This document shows positions 1 to 9,124 of a stretch of DNA of 63,145 nt, piece by piece. How positions within the stretch are numbered: the stretch's first letter is position 1; each line of letters begins with the position of its first letter. The DNA comes from Candidatus Multivorans thiocomprendens (lineage in GTDB: Bacteria > Acidobacteriota > Thermoanaerobaculia > Multivoradales > Multivoraceae): positions 1 to 63,145 of the forward strand of contig JAPVWO010000243.1 of assembly GCA_027493375.1 (NCBI GenBank), read 5' to 3'. The notes under the pieces are model-generated. The model was not told where the DNA came from. It worked only from the letters and a program-made list of their open reading frames with translations, and ran no database searches. The position numbers were made by a program, and so were the translations under genes.

Positions 1-52
1 TGTCCGAGAACGGTGCTATGATGCGCCATGGGTCTGGATCTCCTTGCTGTAG

Positions 53-754
53 TTGGACTTCCGACAAAGACCAAGCATACAGCAATGGACGATTCAGACT
101 CTTTCTCAACCCGCTTTATGGGACAGCAGTGATTCCTCGGAGAGGATCTACCTGAACCAGCCGCGGCTGGGGCGCCTGCTCACCCGCTACTCCGAGCGTG
201 GTGACAGACTTGCGGGTCTCGGCGAGCTCCTGGAGCCTGGGGAAGCGTTCTCTGACTGCGATCGGCACAGCCTTTGTCGAGACCGGCGTTTTCGTGTTCG
301 GCTGAACCGCGTGCTCGCGGCCGTGACGCCGCGCGACGGCCTCGCGGTCGCGTTCACTGCGGCGCCCGTCGTACGCAAGTACTCGTCCACGGGCGCACTG
401 GAGTTCGAGGTCAGGCTGGATGGCGAGTGGGTGGAAGAGCTCGTGGACGTTTCGATGAAGGGCAGGGGGGCTTGGGGAGAGTATGTGGGTTTCAATCTCA
501 CCACGGACGGCGTCAACGCCTTTACCGTCGTCACCGGTCTGGCCGTGGACGGTGAGACTGGCCGCATCTACTGTCTCGTCGGGGGCAAGGAGATTCACGT
601 ACTTGCGCCGAACGGAGCGGTCCTTGTGGTTCTGGCACCTGCGTCCGATTCCGTGTCATTCAACAGCCTTTCTTTTGTTGATGGGGTTGCCTACCTGACG
701 GACATGAGGCGCCTCTACATGGCGAGGTTGCCAGAGGTGCCGGACGGGCGCTGA
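53..754 (+). CDS. hypothetical protein (no family recognised)
   Basis: ORF track 53..754. It opens with TTG right after an in-frame TAG at 50-52. The first ~100 nt are AT-richer than the rest, so the true start may be internal. The C-terminal half has strand-like repeats (GRIYCLVGG, VAYLTD), but I cannot name a family. Confidence 0.3.
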   Translation: MDFRQRPSIQQWTIQTLSQPALWDSSDSSERIYLNQPRLGRLLTRYSERGDRLAGLGELLEPGEAFSDCDRHSLCRDRRFRVRLNRVLAAVTPRDGLAVAFTAAPVVRKYSSTGALEFEVRLDGEWVEELVDVSMKGRGAWGEYVGFNLTTDGVNAFTVVTGLAVDGETGRIYCLVGGKEIHVLAPNGAVLVVLAPASDSVSFNSLSFVDGVAYLTDMRRLYMARLPEVPDGR

Positions 755-885
755 GTTCAAGCGATCCTGGCGCGTGTTCCGGCGCATCCGATGAAGGGGG
801 GGCGGCTTATGTAGGCGGATCTGCCGGTGGGACCGGCATTTCAAGTCCTCTGAAGCGAACGAACCAATGAGGAAAGGAAGAAGAC

Positions 886-1068
886 ATGATGAACTGGAAG
901 AAATGGTCTCTGGCGGCCTTCGTCGCGCTTGCGACGCTCGGCTGGGGCGTCTCCATGGCTGGCGCGTCGTCCTGCACGTCGACGAACGGTGCGGCGGTGT
1001 GCGGCGGTCCGGGGCTCTGCTGCACGGCTGGGCCCAACTGGTGCGCTGAGTGGGAGTGCGACTACTGA
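886..1068 (+). CDS. small secreted cysteine-rich peptide (60 aa precursor, ~33 aa mature, C-X8-C-X5-CC-X6-C-X4-C)
   Basis: ORF track 886..1068. The N-terminus has a KK n-region, a hydrophobic core (SLAAFVALATLGWGV) and an A-G-A cleavage motif. Purine-rich GGAAAGGAAG lies just upstream of the ATG. GC-rich third codon positions are consistent with coding. Six Cys occur at residues 30, 39, 45, 46, 53 and 58. Confidence 0.6.
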   Translation: MMNWKKWSLAAFVALATLGWGVSMAGASSCTSTNGAAVCGGPGLCCTAGPNWCAEWECDY

Positions 1069-1273
1069 TCGCGCTTCGCTGAGCCGGCGGCCGGCGGGCC
1101 GCGGTCGTTCTGGCAAGCCGGAGTGATCGCGGCCCCTTCGCGACGGGCTGAAAGGACGAGCCGGCCGCGGACGGCGACCGAGCGCCCGCTAGCGAATCGC
1201 GGGCCGGGACCGAGGAGTGTCGAGTTTTCGCGCGGTCAGCGGCGGCGTGGAGTTCTGGTAGGCTGGAACTCGG

Positions 1274-2542
1274 GTGTCCAGCAGGATGTGGCGAGTCGTA
1301 CTGAAGCGCTGTCGGCTGAACGCTCTCAGCGGCTGGTTCTTGGCCGCGTCCGGGGTTGGCGGCGCGATGGCCGCGGGCTCGTTCTGGGTCGCTTGGGACA
1401 GCTACGAGGAGAGGCGCGCCCTGTATGAGACGAGTCGACTTCAGCAGCAGTTGAGGACCGAACGAGTTCAGGCCTACGCGGACCTGGAGCTGGGTCTGGA
1501 GAGGCCTCCCGCCCGCTTGAGCGTCGTGAGTCAGGGGATGGGGGAAAGGCTGGGTTCAAGCGCGACGATTCCCGGGCGTTTCGGCGACATCGGGTTGGCG
1601 CGCCGGGACAGGCCGCTTACGTCCCTTGCGCATGATCTCAACGTGGACCCCTCACGGGTTCTCGCGTTGCTCGTCGGTTTCCTGGCTGTCTTCTCGGCGC
1701 ATCACGTGATCAACGGAGAGCGGGCGAAGGGCACGCTGCGGCAACAACTCGCGAAGGGACTTCCGAGGCCAGGCCTGCTGTTGGGTGAGTACGTCGGCGG
1801 TGTGATCACTGTCGTAACGCCTTGCGCTTTACTATTGCTGGGTCTGTCCCTCTGGGCGGTAGGCGGCGGCCTGGCGTTTGAGGCTGGCGACTGGTGGCGG
1901 TTGGTCCTCTTCGTCGGGCTGGTCGCGCTTTACGGGTGCTGCTGGGTGGCGCTCACGCTGTTCTTGTCGGTGGTCTGCAGGCAGAGGGAGACCTCCCTGG
2001 TTCTCGGAGTGCTTGCCTGGGTCCTATCGGCGGCGTTGTACCCGCAGGCGGCGAGCTGGACCGCGGCCAGCTTGGCGCCCCTTGAGGCCGCGGAGTTCCA
2101 GGAACGGTACGCGCTGGACGAGGAGGCTGACGCGAGTCGGCGCCAGCGCTTGAGGAACCGCCGGAACTCGATGGCTGAGGAGTATCGGCAGTACCGGCGG
2201 TTTGCCGCCGTCTTGCCGGTCACGGCTTTCCTGGACGCCGGAAGGTTGCTAGCGGGTACTTCGACCGTCGACCACGAGCGGTTCCTGCGGACCGTGGATG
2301 CGGCCGAACGTTCCTTCGTTTCGTGGCAGGACGAGAAGCTTGCCAGATATCCGAACCGGGAGTACCGGATTGTCCTCGGAGCGCCGCTCGATATCAGCGG
2401 CCTTCCGGAGCCGGTTTACCAGCCGCTCTCGGTGAGCGCGTCGCTTCGTTTCGCGAGTCTGCCGATCGGGGCCCTTCTTGTCGTCGCCACGGGGTTTCTT
2501 TCTGGCGCGGTGCTCCGCTTTGACCGCCTTGACGTGCGGTAG
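1274..2542 (+). CDS. ABC-2-type transporter permease-like membrane protein
   Basis: ORF track. Several hydrophobic helices and an INGERAKGTL motif typical of ABC-2/DUF3526-like permeases. Same strand as the ATPase at 5615. The start could be the ATG at 1286 instead. Confidence 0.6.
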   Translation: MSSRMWRVVLKRCRLNALSGWFLAASGVGGAMAAGSFWVAWDSYEERRALYETSRLQQQLRTERVQAYADLELGLERPPARLSVVSQGMGERLGSSATIPGRFGDIGLARRDRPLTSLAHDLNVDPSRVLALLVGFLAVFSAHHVINGERAKGTLRQQLAKGLPRPGLLLGEYVGGVITVVTPCALLLLGLSLWAVGGGLAFEAGDWWRLVLFVGLVALYGCCWVALTLFLSVVCRQRETSLVLGVLAWVLSAALYPQAASWTAASLAPLEAAEFQERYALDEEADASRRQRLRNRRNSMAEEYRQYRRFAAVLPVTAFLDAGRLLAGTSTVDHERFLRTVDAAERSFVSWQDEKLARYPNREYRIVLGAPLDISGLPEPVYQPLSVSASLRFASLPIGALLVVATGFLSGAVLRFDRLDVR

Positions 2543-2569
2543 CCGGTCCGAACTCCTCAGAAGGCCTTC

Positions 2570-4030
2570 ATGCTCCTGACGGTCATGCGCAACGAACTCG
2601 TCCGGCATCTTCGGAGCTATCGGATGGCGGTCCTGTTCGTCGGCGGTTCGCTGCTCATGGTCGTCGCGGCTCTGGTTCATATCGGCGACGAGAGAGATCG
2701 GCGTCTGACCCGGACCGCCGTTGCTCGAGCTGCGGCCGGTGCCAGCAACCTCAATCAGGTCGTCATTCCGCGGCCGCCGCCGGCTGCGGGCTTTCTTCGC
2801 GGGATGCCGAGCGAGCAATGGCGCGAAGCTGCCGTAGTTCGTCCTCACCTTGTAGACGTGCCGGAGGCTGGAGTCGCGGAGCGTTCGTGGCTTGCCAGCT
2901 TGCCGCCGCTGGACTGGGCCGCTGTCGCCGTCTTCTTCTACAGCTTGATGGCACTCGCCGTCAGTCACGATATCGTGGTGGGGGAGAAGGCCGGCGGCAC
3001 TTTGCGGATGCTAGTCGGCCGGCCGGTTGGTCGCGCGGTGCTCTTGGCGGGCAAGGTCCTCGCCTCGTTCTGCGTCGTGGCCGGATCGTTCCTGCTTGCG
3101 GCTCTGATCTCGTTGGCCGTTTTGGCCATGATGGCGGCTGAAGGGACGATCGCGTCCTCCCAGAGTTTCGTCGTCGTCAGTGCTGTGGCGGTGATCCTAG
3201 CGTTCCTCCTGTTCAACGTGCTGCTCGGGACGGCGGTTTCGGTGAGCGCGTCGACCCCGGAGTCCGCCCTTCTGCGGGCGTTCGGCCTGTGGGCTCTGTT
3301 GGCCTTCGGTGTGCCAGGCTTGGTCGTTGTACTGGCGCCTTTGGTGCGTCCGCTCCAATCGGAGCTGGATTTCCGGCGGAACGTGGCGCTTCACGAGCAG
3401 GGCTTTCGCGAGCGGCTGATGGTGTCGAGCGTGCCGTTGACGCGGATCGTGAGGATGCCGGGAATCACCCCTGCCGAGAAGCGGCGCCGGATTGCCGATC
3501 TGGAAGCGGCGATGTGGGCGGACCAGGAGGCGGCGCTGGCCGAGTTGGAGGAGGGCTACGCCGGGATTCGTCGCCAGTTCCTGCTACAGGCGGCGGCGCA
3601 GGAGAGTTGGATCGACCGCTGGAGTGCCTTGTCTCCCCATTCGTTGCTTGGCGTTTCGTTGGACACACTTACGTTGGCGGGCGCGAGCGGTCGGCGAGAG
3701 TTTCTCCGGCAGGTGTCACGGTACGAGCCGGCTTTTACGTCCTTTGTGCTGGGCCAGCGGAAGCTGCGTCGAAAAGAGGCCCGCGAAGGCAGTGCCAAGG
3801 CGGTCGATACCGATGAGAACGGCGAGGAGTACACACTGCGCGGGCTGACCCAACTCGACTACGCCGCGGTAGAAACCTCCCCGGATGCCTTTCCCGGGTT
3901 TTCCTTCCGTCCGCCCACTCCCGGGTTTCTTGCGGTTCGGTTGCTTCCGGACTTGCTATGGATGCTTCTCTTCATCTCGGTCGCGGGCGGGTTCGCCTTT
4001 CTGCGGTTTCAGCGCTACGATTGTCGATGA
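2570..4030 (+). CDS. ABC-2-type transporter permease-like membrane protein
   Basis: ORF track. VVGEKAGGTLRML motif and multiple TM helices. It is a paralog in architecture to 1274..2542. Its stop overlaps the next start (ATGA at 4027-4030). Confidence 0.65.
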   Translation: MLLTVMRNELVRHLRSYRMAVLFVGGSLLMVVAALVHIGDERDRRLTRTAVARAAAGASNLNQVVIPRPPPAAGFLRGMPSEQWREAAVVRPHLVDVPEAGVAERSWLASLPPLDWAAVAVFFYSLMALAVSHDIVVGEKAGGTLRMLVGRPVGRAVLLAGKVLASFCVVAGSFLLAALISLAVLAMMAAEGTIASSQSFVVVSAVAVILAFLLFNVLLGTAVSVSASTPESALLRAFGLWALLAFGVPGLVVVLAPLVRPLQSELDFRRNVALHEQGFRERLMVSSVPLTRIVRMPGITPAEKRRRIADLEAAMWADQEAALAELEEGYAGIRRQFLLQAAAQESWIDRWSALSPHSLLGVSLDTLTLAGASGRREFLRQVSRYEPAFTSFVLGQRKLRRKEAREGSAKAVDTDENGEEYTLRGLTQLDYAAVETSPDAFPGFSFRPPTPGFLAVRLLPDLLWMLLFISVAGGFAFLRFQRYDCR

Positions 4031-5553
4031 GCAACTTGCTGGCCAGCCTGCTACGCCGCTGCCGCCTGATCTCGGCTCGTTTCCCGGGGTTCGTTCTGCT
4101 CCTGTTTCTTGGCCTTCTGGCAGGGAAAGCGGTTGTCGCTCGGGCCCAGCCGGCTGCGAGCACGGAGGAACGCCGCCTCGAGTTTGCTGAGGCCAGCATA
4201 GGTCACGAGGAAGCGGAGAGGACCGTGCAGCGCGCAATCGAACTGCAGGCGAGCGGACTGATCTCGGATTCCGAACTTGAAGCCGAGGAAGCCCGCCTTC
4301 GCCTCGCGGAGCTTCAGATGCGGCGCGCCTGGTTGACTCTGGTGCTCGCCGACCCGGAGGTTGTGCTCCGCGAGGCTCGAAAGTACCACGACCAGAGCGG
4401 CGGTGTCCGCGTGGAGTTAGACGTGGTGGCGCGCTGGTCCTTCGGTGCCGAGACGTCCGTTCAGGACGGCGGCACGTCGTCGGTCGAGTTACCTGCTGTC
4501 GAAGGCGTTTCGAATGTCGTCGTGAGTCTGAAGACACCCCGCGAGTACCGGGAGGGCGTCCTGGTCGAGCCGACTATCGTCTCCGTGCCGTACGAGCATC
4601 GCGTCCCGCTGCTACGCTTCGACGAACCCGCAACGATCGACTTCGGCTTGCTCGTGGCGGATGTACAAGAACTCCTGGTGGAGTTCCGGTACAACAATTC
4701 GGTGTACGGCCGACAGGTGCTGCTGGGGAAACGCGCGAACGAGCAGGGGCCGGTGATCATTCGCTCAGACCAGATCACCCTTGACGCCGAGCTGGGCGGC
4801 GAAGCGGTCTTCGACCTGCGCCTGGAGCGTTTCGAAGGCGACAGCGCGACGTATGGCCTGGGTTTGGAGGATCTGCCGGCGGAAGTGGCGTTTCAGTTTG
4901 CCGACCCGGACACGGGGGCGGCGTTTAGCCAGCTATTCTTCCCGGAAGCAGTGACGGACCGGGACCTGCGGTTGACGCTCACCATGCCTTCCCGGCCGAC
5001 GGCCGACGTACGGCCGGATCGAGCCCTCCGGTTCACGGTGCTTGTGGAACCCGAGCTTGGGGATGGGCGGGAGGCAGGGAGAACGGCGGCGGGCGAGTTG
5101 AACCTCGCCGTGGTGCCGCGAGGCATCGCGGAACTCCAGATAGAGGCAGAGAACCTCTACCACGAGGTGGCGCCGGGGGACGAACTCCAGTTCGACGTTC
5201 GGGTCGTCAATTCGGGTAGCCGAACTCTCGAGCAGGTCGAGCTTGCGCTGGGCGTGCCGTTCGGTTGGGAAACTCAGCTAGCGCCCGGTCTCTTCCCCTC
5301 GCTTGAACCGGGTGCCGAGGGCATGTCCGTGGTTACGTTGAGGACTCCGCCGGACGTGATTCTGGGTGACTATGAGGGAACGATTCGAGCCGGCAGTCTC
5401 GCGGGGGACCGTCTGCTACGGAGCGAGGAGAGGACGCTGCGCCTGCATGTGGTGGCCTCCGACAACCCGTGGCTGGTGGCGACTCTCCTCGTTGCCGCGC
5501 TCCTGGTGCTGGCGGCCGTGATCTGGGCCAGCATTCGCCTGAGTCGGCGGTAG
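4027..5553 (+). CDS. membrane-anchored coiled-coil protein with C-terminal Ig-like (NEW3/CARDB-like) domain and C-terminal TM helix
   Basis: Internal ATG (MSNLLASLL...) of ORF 3958..5553, overlapping the upstream stop as ATGA. N-terminal anchor, then an adaptor-like coiled coil (ELEAEEARLRLAELQ). The segment APGDELQFDVRVVNSGSRTLEQVELALGVPFGWE resembles NEW3-type domains. The C-terminal helix is WLVATLLVAALLVLAAVIW. Confidence 0.55.
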   Translation: MSNLLASLLRRCRLISARFPGFVLLLFLGLLAGKAVVARAQPAASTEERRLEFAEASIGHEEAERTVQRAIELQASGLISDSELEAEEARLRLAELQMRRAWLTLVLADPEVVLREARKYHDQSGGVRVELDVVARWSFGAETSVQDGGTSSVELPAVEGVSNVVVSLKTPREYREGVLVEPTIVSVPYEHRVPLLRFDEPATIDFGLLVADVQELLVEFRYNNSVYGRQVLLGKRANEQGPVIIRSDQITLDAELGGEAVFDLRLERFEGDSATYGLGLEDLPAEVAFQFADPDTGAAFSQLFFPEAVTDRDLRLTLTMPSRPTADVRPDRALRFTVLVEPELGDGREAGRTAAGELNLAVVPRGIAELQIEAENLYHEVAPGDELQFDVRVVNSGSRTLEQVELALGVPFGWETQLAPGLFPSLEPGAEGMSVVTLRTPPDVILGDYEGTIRAGSLAGDRLLRSEERTLRLHVVASDNPWLVATLLVAALLVLAAVIWASIRLSRR

Positions 5554-5614
5554 GTCGAGGCGATCTTCAGGCCAAGTGCCGGGTCTTGCTGCGTAGCCGC
5601 GGGGAGGACGAAGG

Positions 5615-6325
5615 ATGATCGAGGCAGTCGAACTGACCAAAGACTTTGGGGACGGAATCCGGGCGGTGGATCGAGTGAGCTTCGAGATTCCACCGGGCCA
5701 GATCTTCGGGCTCCTAGGGCCCAACGGCGCGGGAAAGACGACGACGATCAACCTTTTTCTCGACTTCATCCGGCCAACCGCTGGCAAGGCGGTGATCAGT
5801 GGCGTCGAGGTTGCCGTCGAGCCCCGCAGAGCGAAGCGCCATGTAGAGTTGATACCTGAGAACGTCGCTCTCTATCCGACGTTGACCGCCGTCCAGAATG
5901 TCGAGTTCTTCAGTTCATTGGGCCGGAGGCGAAGGGTGGAACGGGAGCGAGTGCGCCAGGCCTTGCTGCGGGCGGGCCTTGCCGAAGAAGCCTTCGATCG
6001 ACGCGTTTCCGGCTTCTCGAAGGGAATGCGGCAGAAGGCGGGAATCGCCGTTTCGATAGTGCGTCAGGCGCCTGCCGTTCTCCTCGACGAACCGACGTCG
6101 GGGCTGGATCCGAAGGCGGCGGCCGATCTGCTCGTACTCCTCGACGGCATGCGTGAGCAGGGCGTCGCGATTCTGATATGCACCCACGACATCTTTCGCG
6201 CTCAGCAGCTCTGCGATCGGGTTGGCATCATGCGCCAGGGAACTATGCGGACAGTGCTGGATCGGCGAGCGCTTGACGCCGCCGACCTTGAGCAGGTCTA
6301 TCTGGACATGATGGCGTACGGTTGA
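5615..6325 (+). CDS. ABC transporter ATP-binding protein
   Basis: Walker A GPNGAGKTT, signature-like FSKGMRQK, Walker B VLLDEPTSGLD. GGGGAGG RBS upstream. Confidence 0.9.
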   Translation: MIEAVELTKDFGDGIRAVDRVSFEIPPGQIFGLLGPNGAGKTTTINLFLDFIRPTAGKAVISGVEVAVEPRRAKRHVELIPENVALYPTLTAVQNVEFFSSLGRRRRVERERVRQALLRAGLAEEAFDRRVSGFSKGMRQKAGIAVSIVRQAPAVLLDEPTSGLDPKAAADLLVLLDGMREQGVAILICTHDIFRAQQLCDRVGIMRQGTMRTVLDRRALDAADLEQVYLDMMAYG

Positions 6326-6357
6326 CGCGGGGCTCGGACGGCCCGAGAGGCCGCGTC
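6324..6357 (+). terminator. GC-rich stem-loop immediately after the ABC ATPase stop (putative intrinsic terminator)
   Basis: GACGCGG(6324-6330) pairs with CCGCGTC(6351-6357). Inner stem CTCGG(6333-6337) pairs with CCGAG(6343-6347). Loop is ACGGC. There is no clear T-tract. Confidence 0.4.
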
Positions 6358-6629
6358 AAGCACTATCGGGGGGAGGGTCGCTGGATGGGCAGCCGAGGTC
6401 GCGCGGGGCAAGCGGAGCGTCGATTCGCTCCTCCCGCGTCTCGCCGGGTTCCTGTGCAGGTCTGCGCCAGGGTCCGGGACGCTCTCCGACCTTCTTGGCG
6501 AGCCGGACGGTGTGCCGGTCGCCTGAGTCGTCGCGGGTCCTGCTTGCGGGCCAAGGTGGCTGCTTGACGACATCCCGAGAGGATTGTGACCAGGACACCG
6601 AGAGCGGCCGGGACCGGAGGGCTGGCGGA

Positions 6630-7982
6630 TTGACACGTCCGAGCGAAACCCGACGGAAGTTCTACGGCTGGCCGATGGTCGGCATCGGCTTCCTGACTTA
6701 CGGCCTGGGCATCGCGCCGGCGTACTACGGCCTGGGCATCTTCGCGTCGTCGTTGATCGCCGATCTGGAGCTGACCCGCCAGCAGATCGGCCAGATGTTC
6801 GGGGCGTTCACGTTCACGTACGGCCTGGTCAGTCCGGTCGCGGCGGCGGTCATCCGCCGCTGGGGTATCCGGGCCACGGTGACCGCGGGCGCGCTGTGCG
6901 CCGCCAGCGGCTTCTGGGTAGTGAGCCAGGCCTCGAGCGCGACCGAGATCTACCTCGGCTATTCGCTCGTCGGCGGCATCGGGATCGGTTTCTCGACGCT
7001 GTTGCCCGCCCAGGCGATGCCGGTCTTCTGGTTCCGCAGGTACCGGGCGCGGGCGACGGCGATCATCCTGTCGGGTGCCGGAGTCGTCGGCTTTCTATGG
7101 CCGCCGGCGGCCGGGCTCGTGCTCGAGGCGTGGGACTGGCGCGTCGGCTGGCAGATCGTCACCGGGATCTCCCTGCTCGTCGCGGCGATCGCCGTGCTCT
7201 TCATCCGGAACCAGCCGAGCGACATTGGTCAGCGTCGTGACGGGCTGCCGCCGCAGGATCCTGACGATCCGACTCCGGTCGGGCCGGGCCGCCGGGCGGA
7301 GTCATCGCTGGTGGGGAGCGGCGCCGAAGCGGCCGGCGAGATGCCGAAGGGTGCCCTCATGTGGGCTCTGCGCACTCCCCAGTTCTGGATCGCCACTTTC
7401 GCGACGGCGGCGAACACCGTGCCGTGGCGAGTCGTGTCCGCCCACGGCGGCCTTCATCTGGAAGACCTCGGATTCACGACACTTGCCGCATCGACGATCC
7501 TGGGCGTACGGGTGGGCGCCAGCCTGTTCGGCCGCCTGACCGGTTCGCTGGGCGACTTCATGTCGCCGATGCGGGTCCTCGCGCTGGCCCTGCTGGTCAA
7601 CGCGGTGGCTCTGTGGGTATTCGTGTCCGCGAGCTCCGCGGCGGTGGCGTATCCCTGCGTCTTCGCGATCGGCGTTGCCTACGGCACTGCCTACACGAGC
7701 GAAGTGGTCGTGTTCGGCTTGTTCTTCGGCCGGGCAGCGTTCGTGGGAGCGACCGGCATCCGGATCGGTCTGATCGGCGTCATCGGCGCTCTCGGACCGA
7801 TCCTGGCCGGAGCCGCGGCGGATCGCACGGGTTCCTATGCCGGCACGCTCTGGACCCTCGGCGGCCTCGCGGTCCTGGGGGCGGCGTCGATCTGGTTCTG
7901 CCGCCCTCCGGACCGGCCAGCATTCGTCGGGCAACCGCAGGCCGGCGAGTACACTGGTCCCGGTACCACAGAGGAGAACTGA
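6630..7982 (+). CDS. MFS transporter (oxalate/formate-antiporter-like N-terminus)
   Basis: ORF 6495..7982. I place the start at the in-frame TTG at 6630, preceded by GGAGG (6616-6620). The ATG at 6675 is an alternative. About 12 TM helices and an RKFYGWPMVGIGFL-type N-terminus. Confidence 0.8.
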   Translation: MTRPSETRRKFYGWPMVGIGFLTYGLGIAPAYYGLGIFASSLIADLELTRQQIGQMFGAFTFTYGLVSPVAAAVIRRWGIRATVTAGALCAASGFWVVSQASSATEIYLGYSLVGGIGIGFSTLLPAQAMPVFWFRRYRARATAIILSGAGVVGFLWPPAAGLVLEAWDWRVGWQIVTGISLLVAAIAVLFIRNQPSDIGQRRDGLPPQDPDDPTPVGPGRRAESSLVGSGAEAAGEMPKGALMWALRTPQFWIATFATAANTVPWRVVSAHGGLHLEDLGFTTLAASTILGVRVGASLFGRLTGSLGDFMSPMRVLALALLVNAVALWVFVSASSAAVAYPCVFAIGVAYGTAYTSEVVVFGLFFGRAAFVGATGIRIGLIGVIGALGPILAGAAADRTGSYAGTLWTLGGLAVLGAASIWFCRPPDRPAFVGQPQAGEYTGPGTTEEN

Positions 7983-7983
7983 C

Positions 7984-8982
7984 ATGGGCAAGCAGAAGAT
8001 GCCGATCGCCCTCTTTGCCGTGGTCGCCCTGGCGTCGGCGCCGCTCGTCGCGCAGGCCGGAGAATCCGGCCTGGAACGAACGCCTTGGGGAACTCCGGAT
8101 CTGCGCGGGATCTGGGACTTCCGGACGATCACGCCGCTTGAGCGGCCGGAGGAACTCGGTGAGCAGGAACGCTTCGGCAGCGCGGAGGCCGCCGCCGAGT
8201 TCGAGCAGCGGACGCTGGCGCGGCGGAACAAGGACCGGCGGACGAGCGATGGTCTCTCCGCCCAGGCCGATGTCGCGAACGCCTACAACCAGTTCTGGTG
8301 GGACTACGGGGACAAGCTGACCGAGGACCGGCGCACCTCGCTCATCGTCGATCCTCCCGACGGCCGGATTCCAGAACTGACCCAGGTCGCGAAGCAGCGG
8401 GTCGCGGAGCGCGCCGCGGCGCGTCGCCGGCCGGCGCACGGCCCGGAGGATCGGGGCGTGGCCGAACGCTGCATCCTGGGCTTCAACGCCGGACCGCCGA
8501 TGAGCCCGAGCGCCTACAACAACAACGTCCAAGTCTTTCAGACCGAGGACACGGTCGTGCTCCTGGTCGAGATGGTCCACGACTCGCGGGTCGTGCCTCT
8601 CGACGGGCGGCCGACCCTTCAGGACGACGTGCGCCAGTGGCGGGGCGACTCGCGGGGCCACTGGGAGGGCGACACCCTGGTCGTCGTGACGACGAACTTC
8701 ACCGATCAGACGAGTTTCCGGGGTTCGGGCCCGAACATGCGTCTCACCGAGAGGTTCACCCGGGTTGGGGAGGACCGCCTCGTGTACGAGTACACGATCG
8801 ACGACCCGGAGTCCTTCGCGGGTCCCTGGACGGCGGTCATTCCGATGAGCAGGAATCCGTTGCCCATGTTCGAGTACGCCTGCCACGAGGGGAACTACGG
8901 CATGCTGAACCTGCTGCGCGGGGCCCGGGCGGAGGACGCGGAAGCCGAGGCGGCCGCCAGGGCGGAGACCTCGGGCGGCTAG
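7984..8982 (+). CDS. secreted protein, uncharacterised paralog family (member 1 of 4)
   Basis: Internal ATG of ORF 7837..8982, 1 nt after the MFS stop. Signal peptide MGKQKMPIALFAVVALASAPLVAQA. Shares the motifs ERCILGF, WEGDTLVV, YEYACHEGNY and RGAR with 25889, 28016 and, more distantly, 27037. Confidence 0.75.
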   Translation: MGKQKMPIALFAVVALASAPLVAQAGESGLERTPWGTPDLRGIWDFRTITPLERPEELGEQERFGSAEAAAEFEQRTLARRNKDRRTSDGLSAQADVANAYNQFWWDYGDKLTEDRRTSLIVDPPDGRIPELTQVAKQRVAERAAARRRPAHGPEDRGVAERCILGFNAGPPMSPSAYNNNVQVFQTEDTVVLLVEMVHDSRVVPLDGRPTLQDDVRQWRGDSRGHWEGDTLVVVTTNFTDQTSFRGSGPNMRLTERFTRVGEDRLVYEYTIDDPESFAGPWTAVIPMSRNPLPMFEYACHEGNYGMLNLLRGARAEDAEAEAAARAETSGG

Positions 8983-9124
8983 CGGTGGTTGCCGCGCTGG
9001 CGGACCTGCCCGCACACCGGGTGCGCCGGCGCCCCCGCCGGCTGCCGCCGCGGGCGGCCGGGGTGTCGCGCCAGGCAGCCCAGATGGCGTCGACTGGCGT
9101 GAGTCAGCTTCGGCGAGCAGCAGC

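Noticed and set aside
867-1126. Alternative ORFs overlapping the knottin-pattern peptide (867..1049+, 929..1126+, 807..1037-, 841..1116-)
   Set aside because: They are Arg-rich with no signal peptide or motif. The 886 frame has a canonical signal peptide, a purine-rich RBS and an ordered Cys framework.
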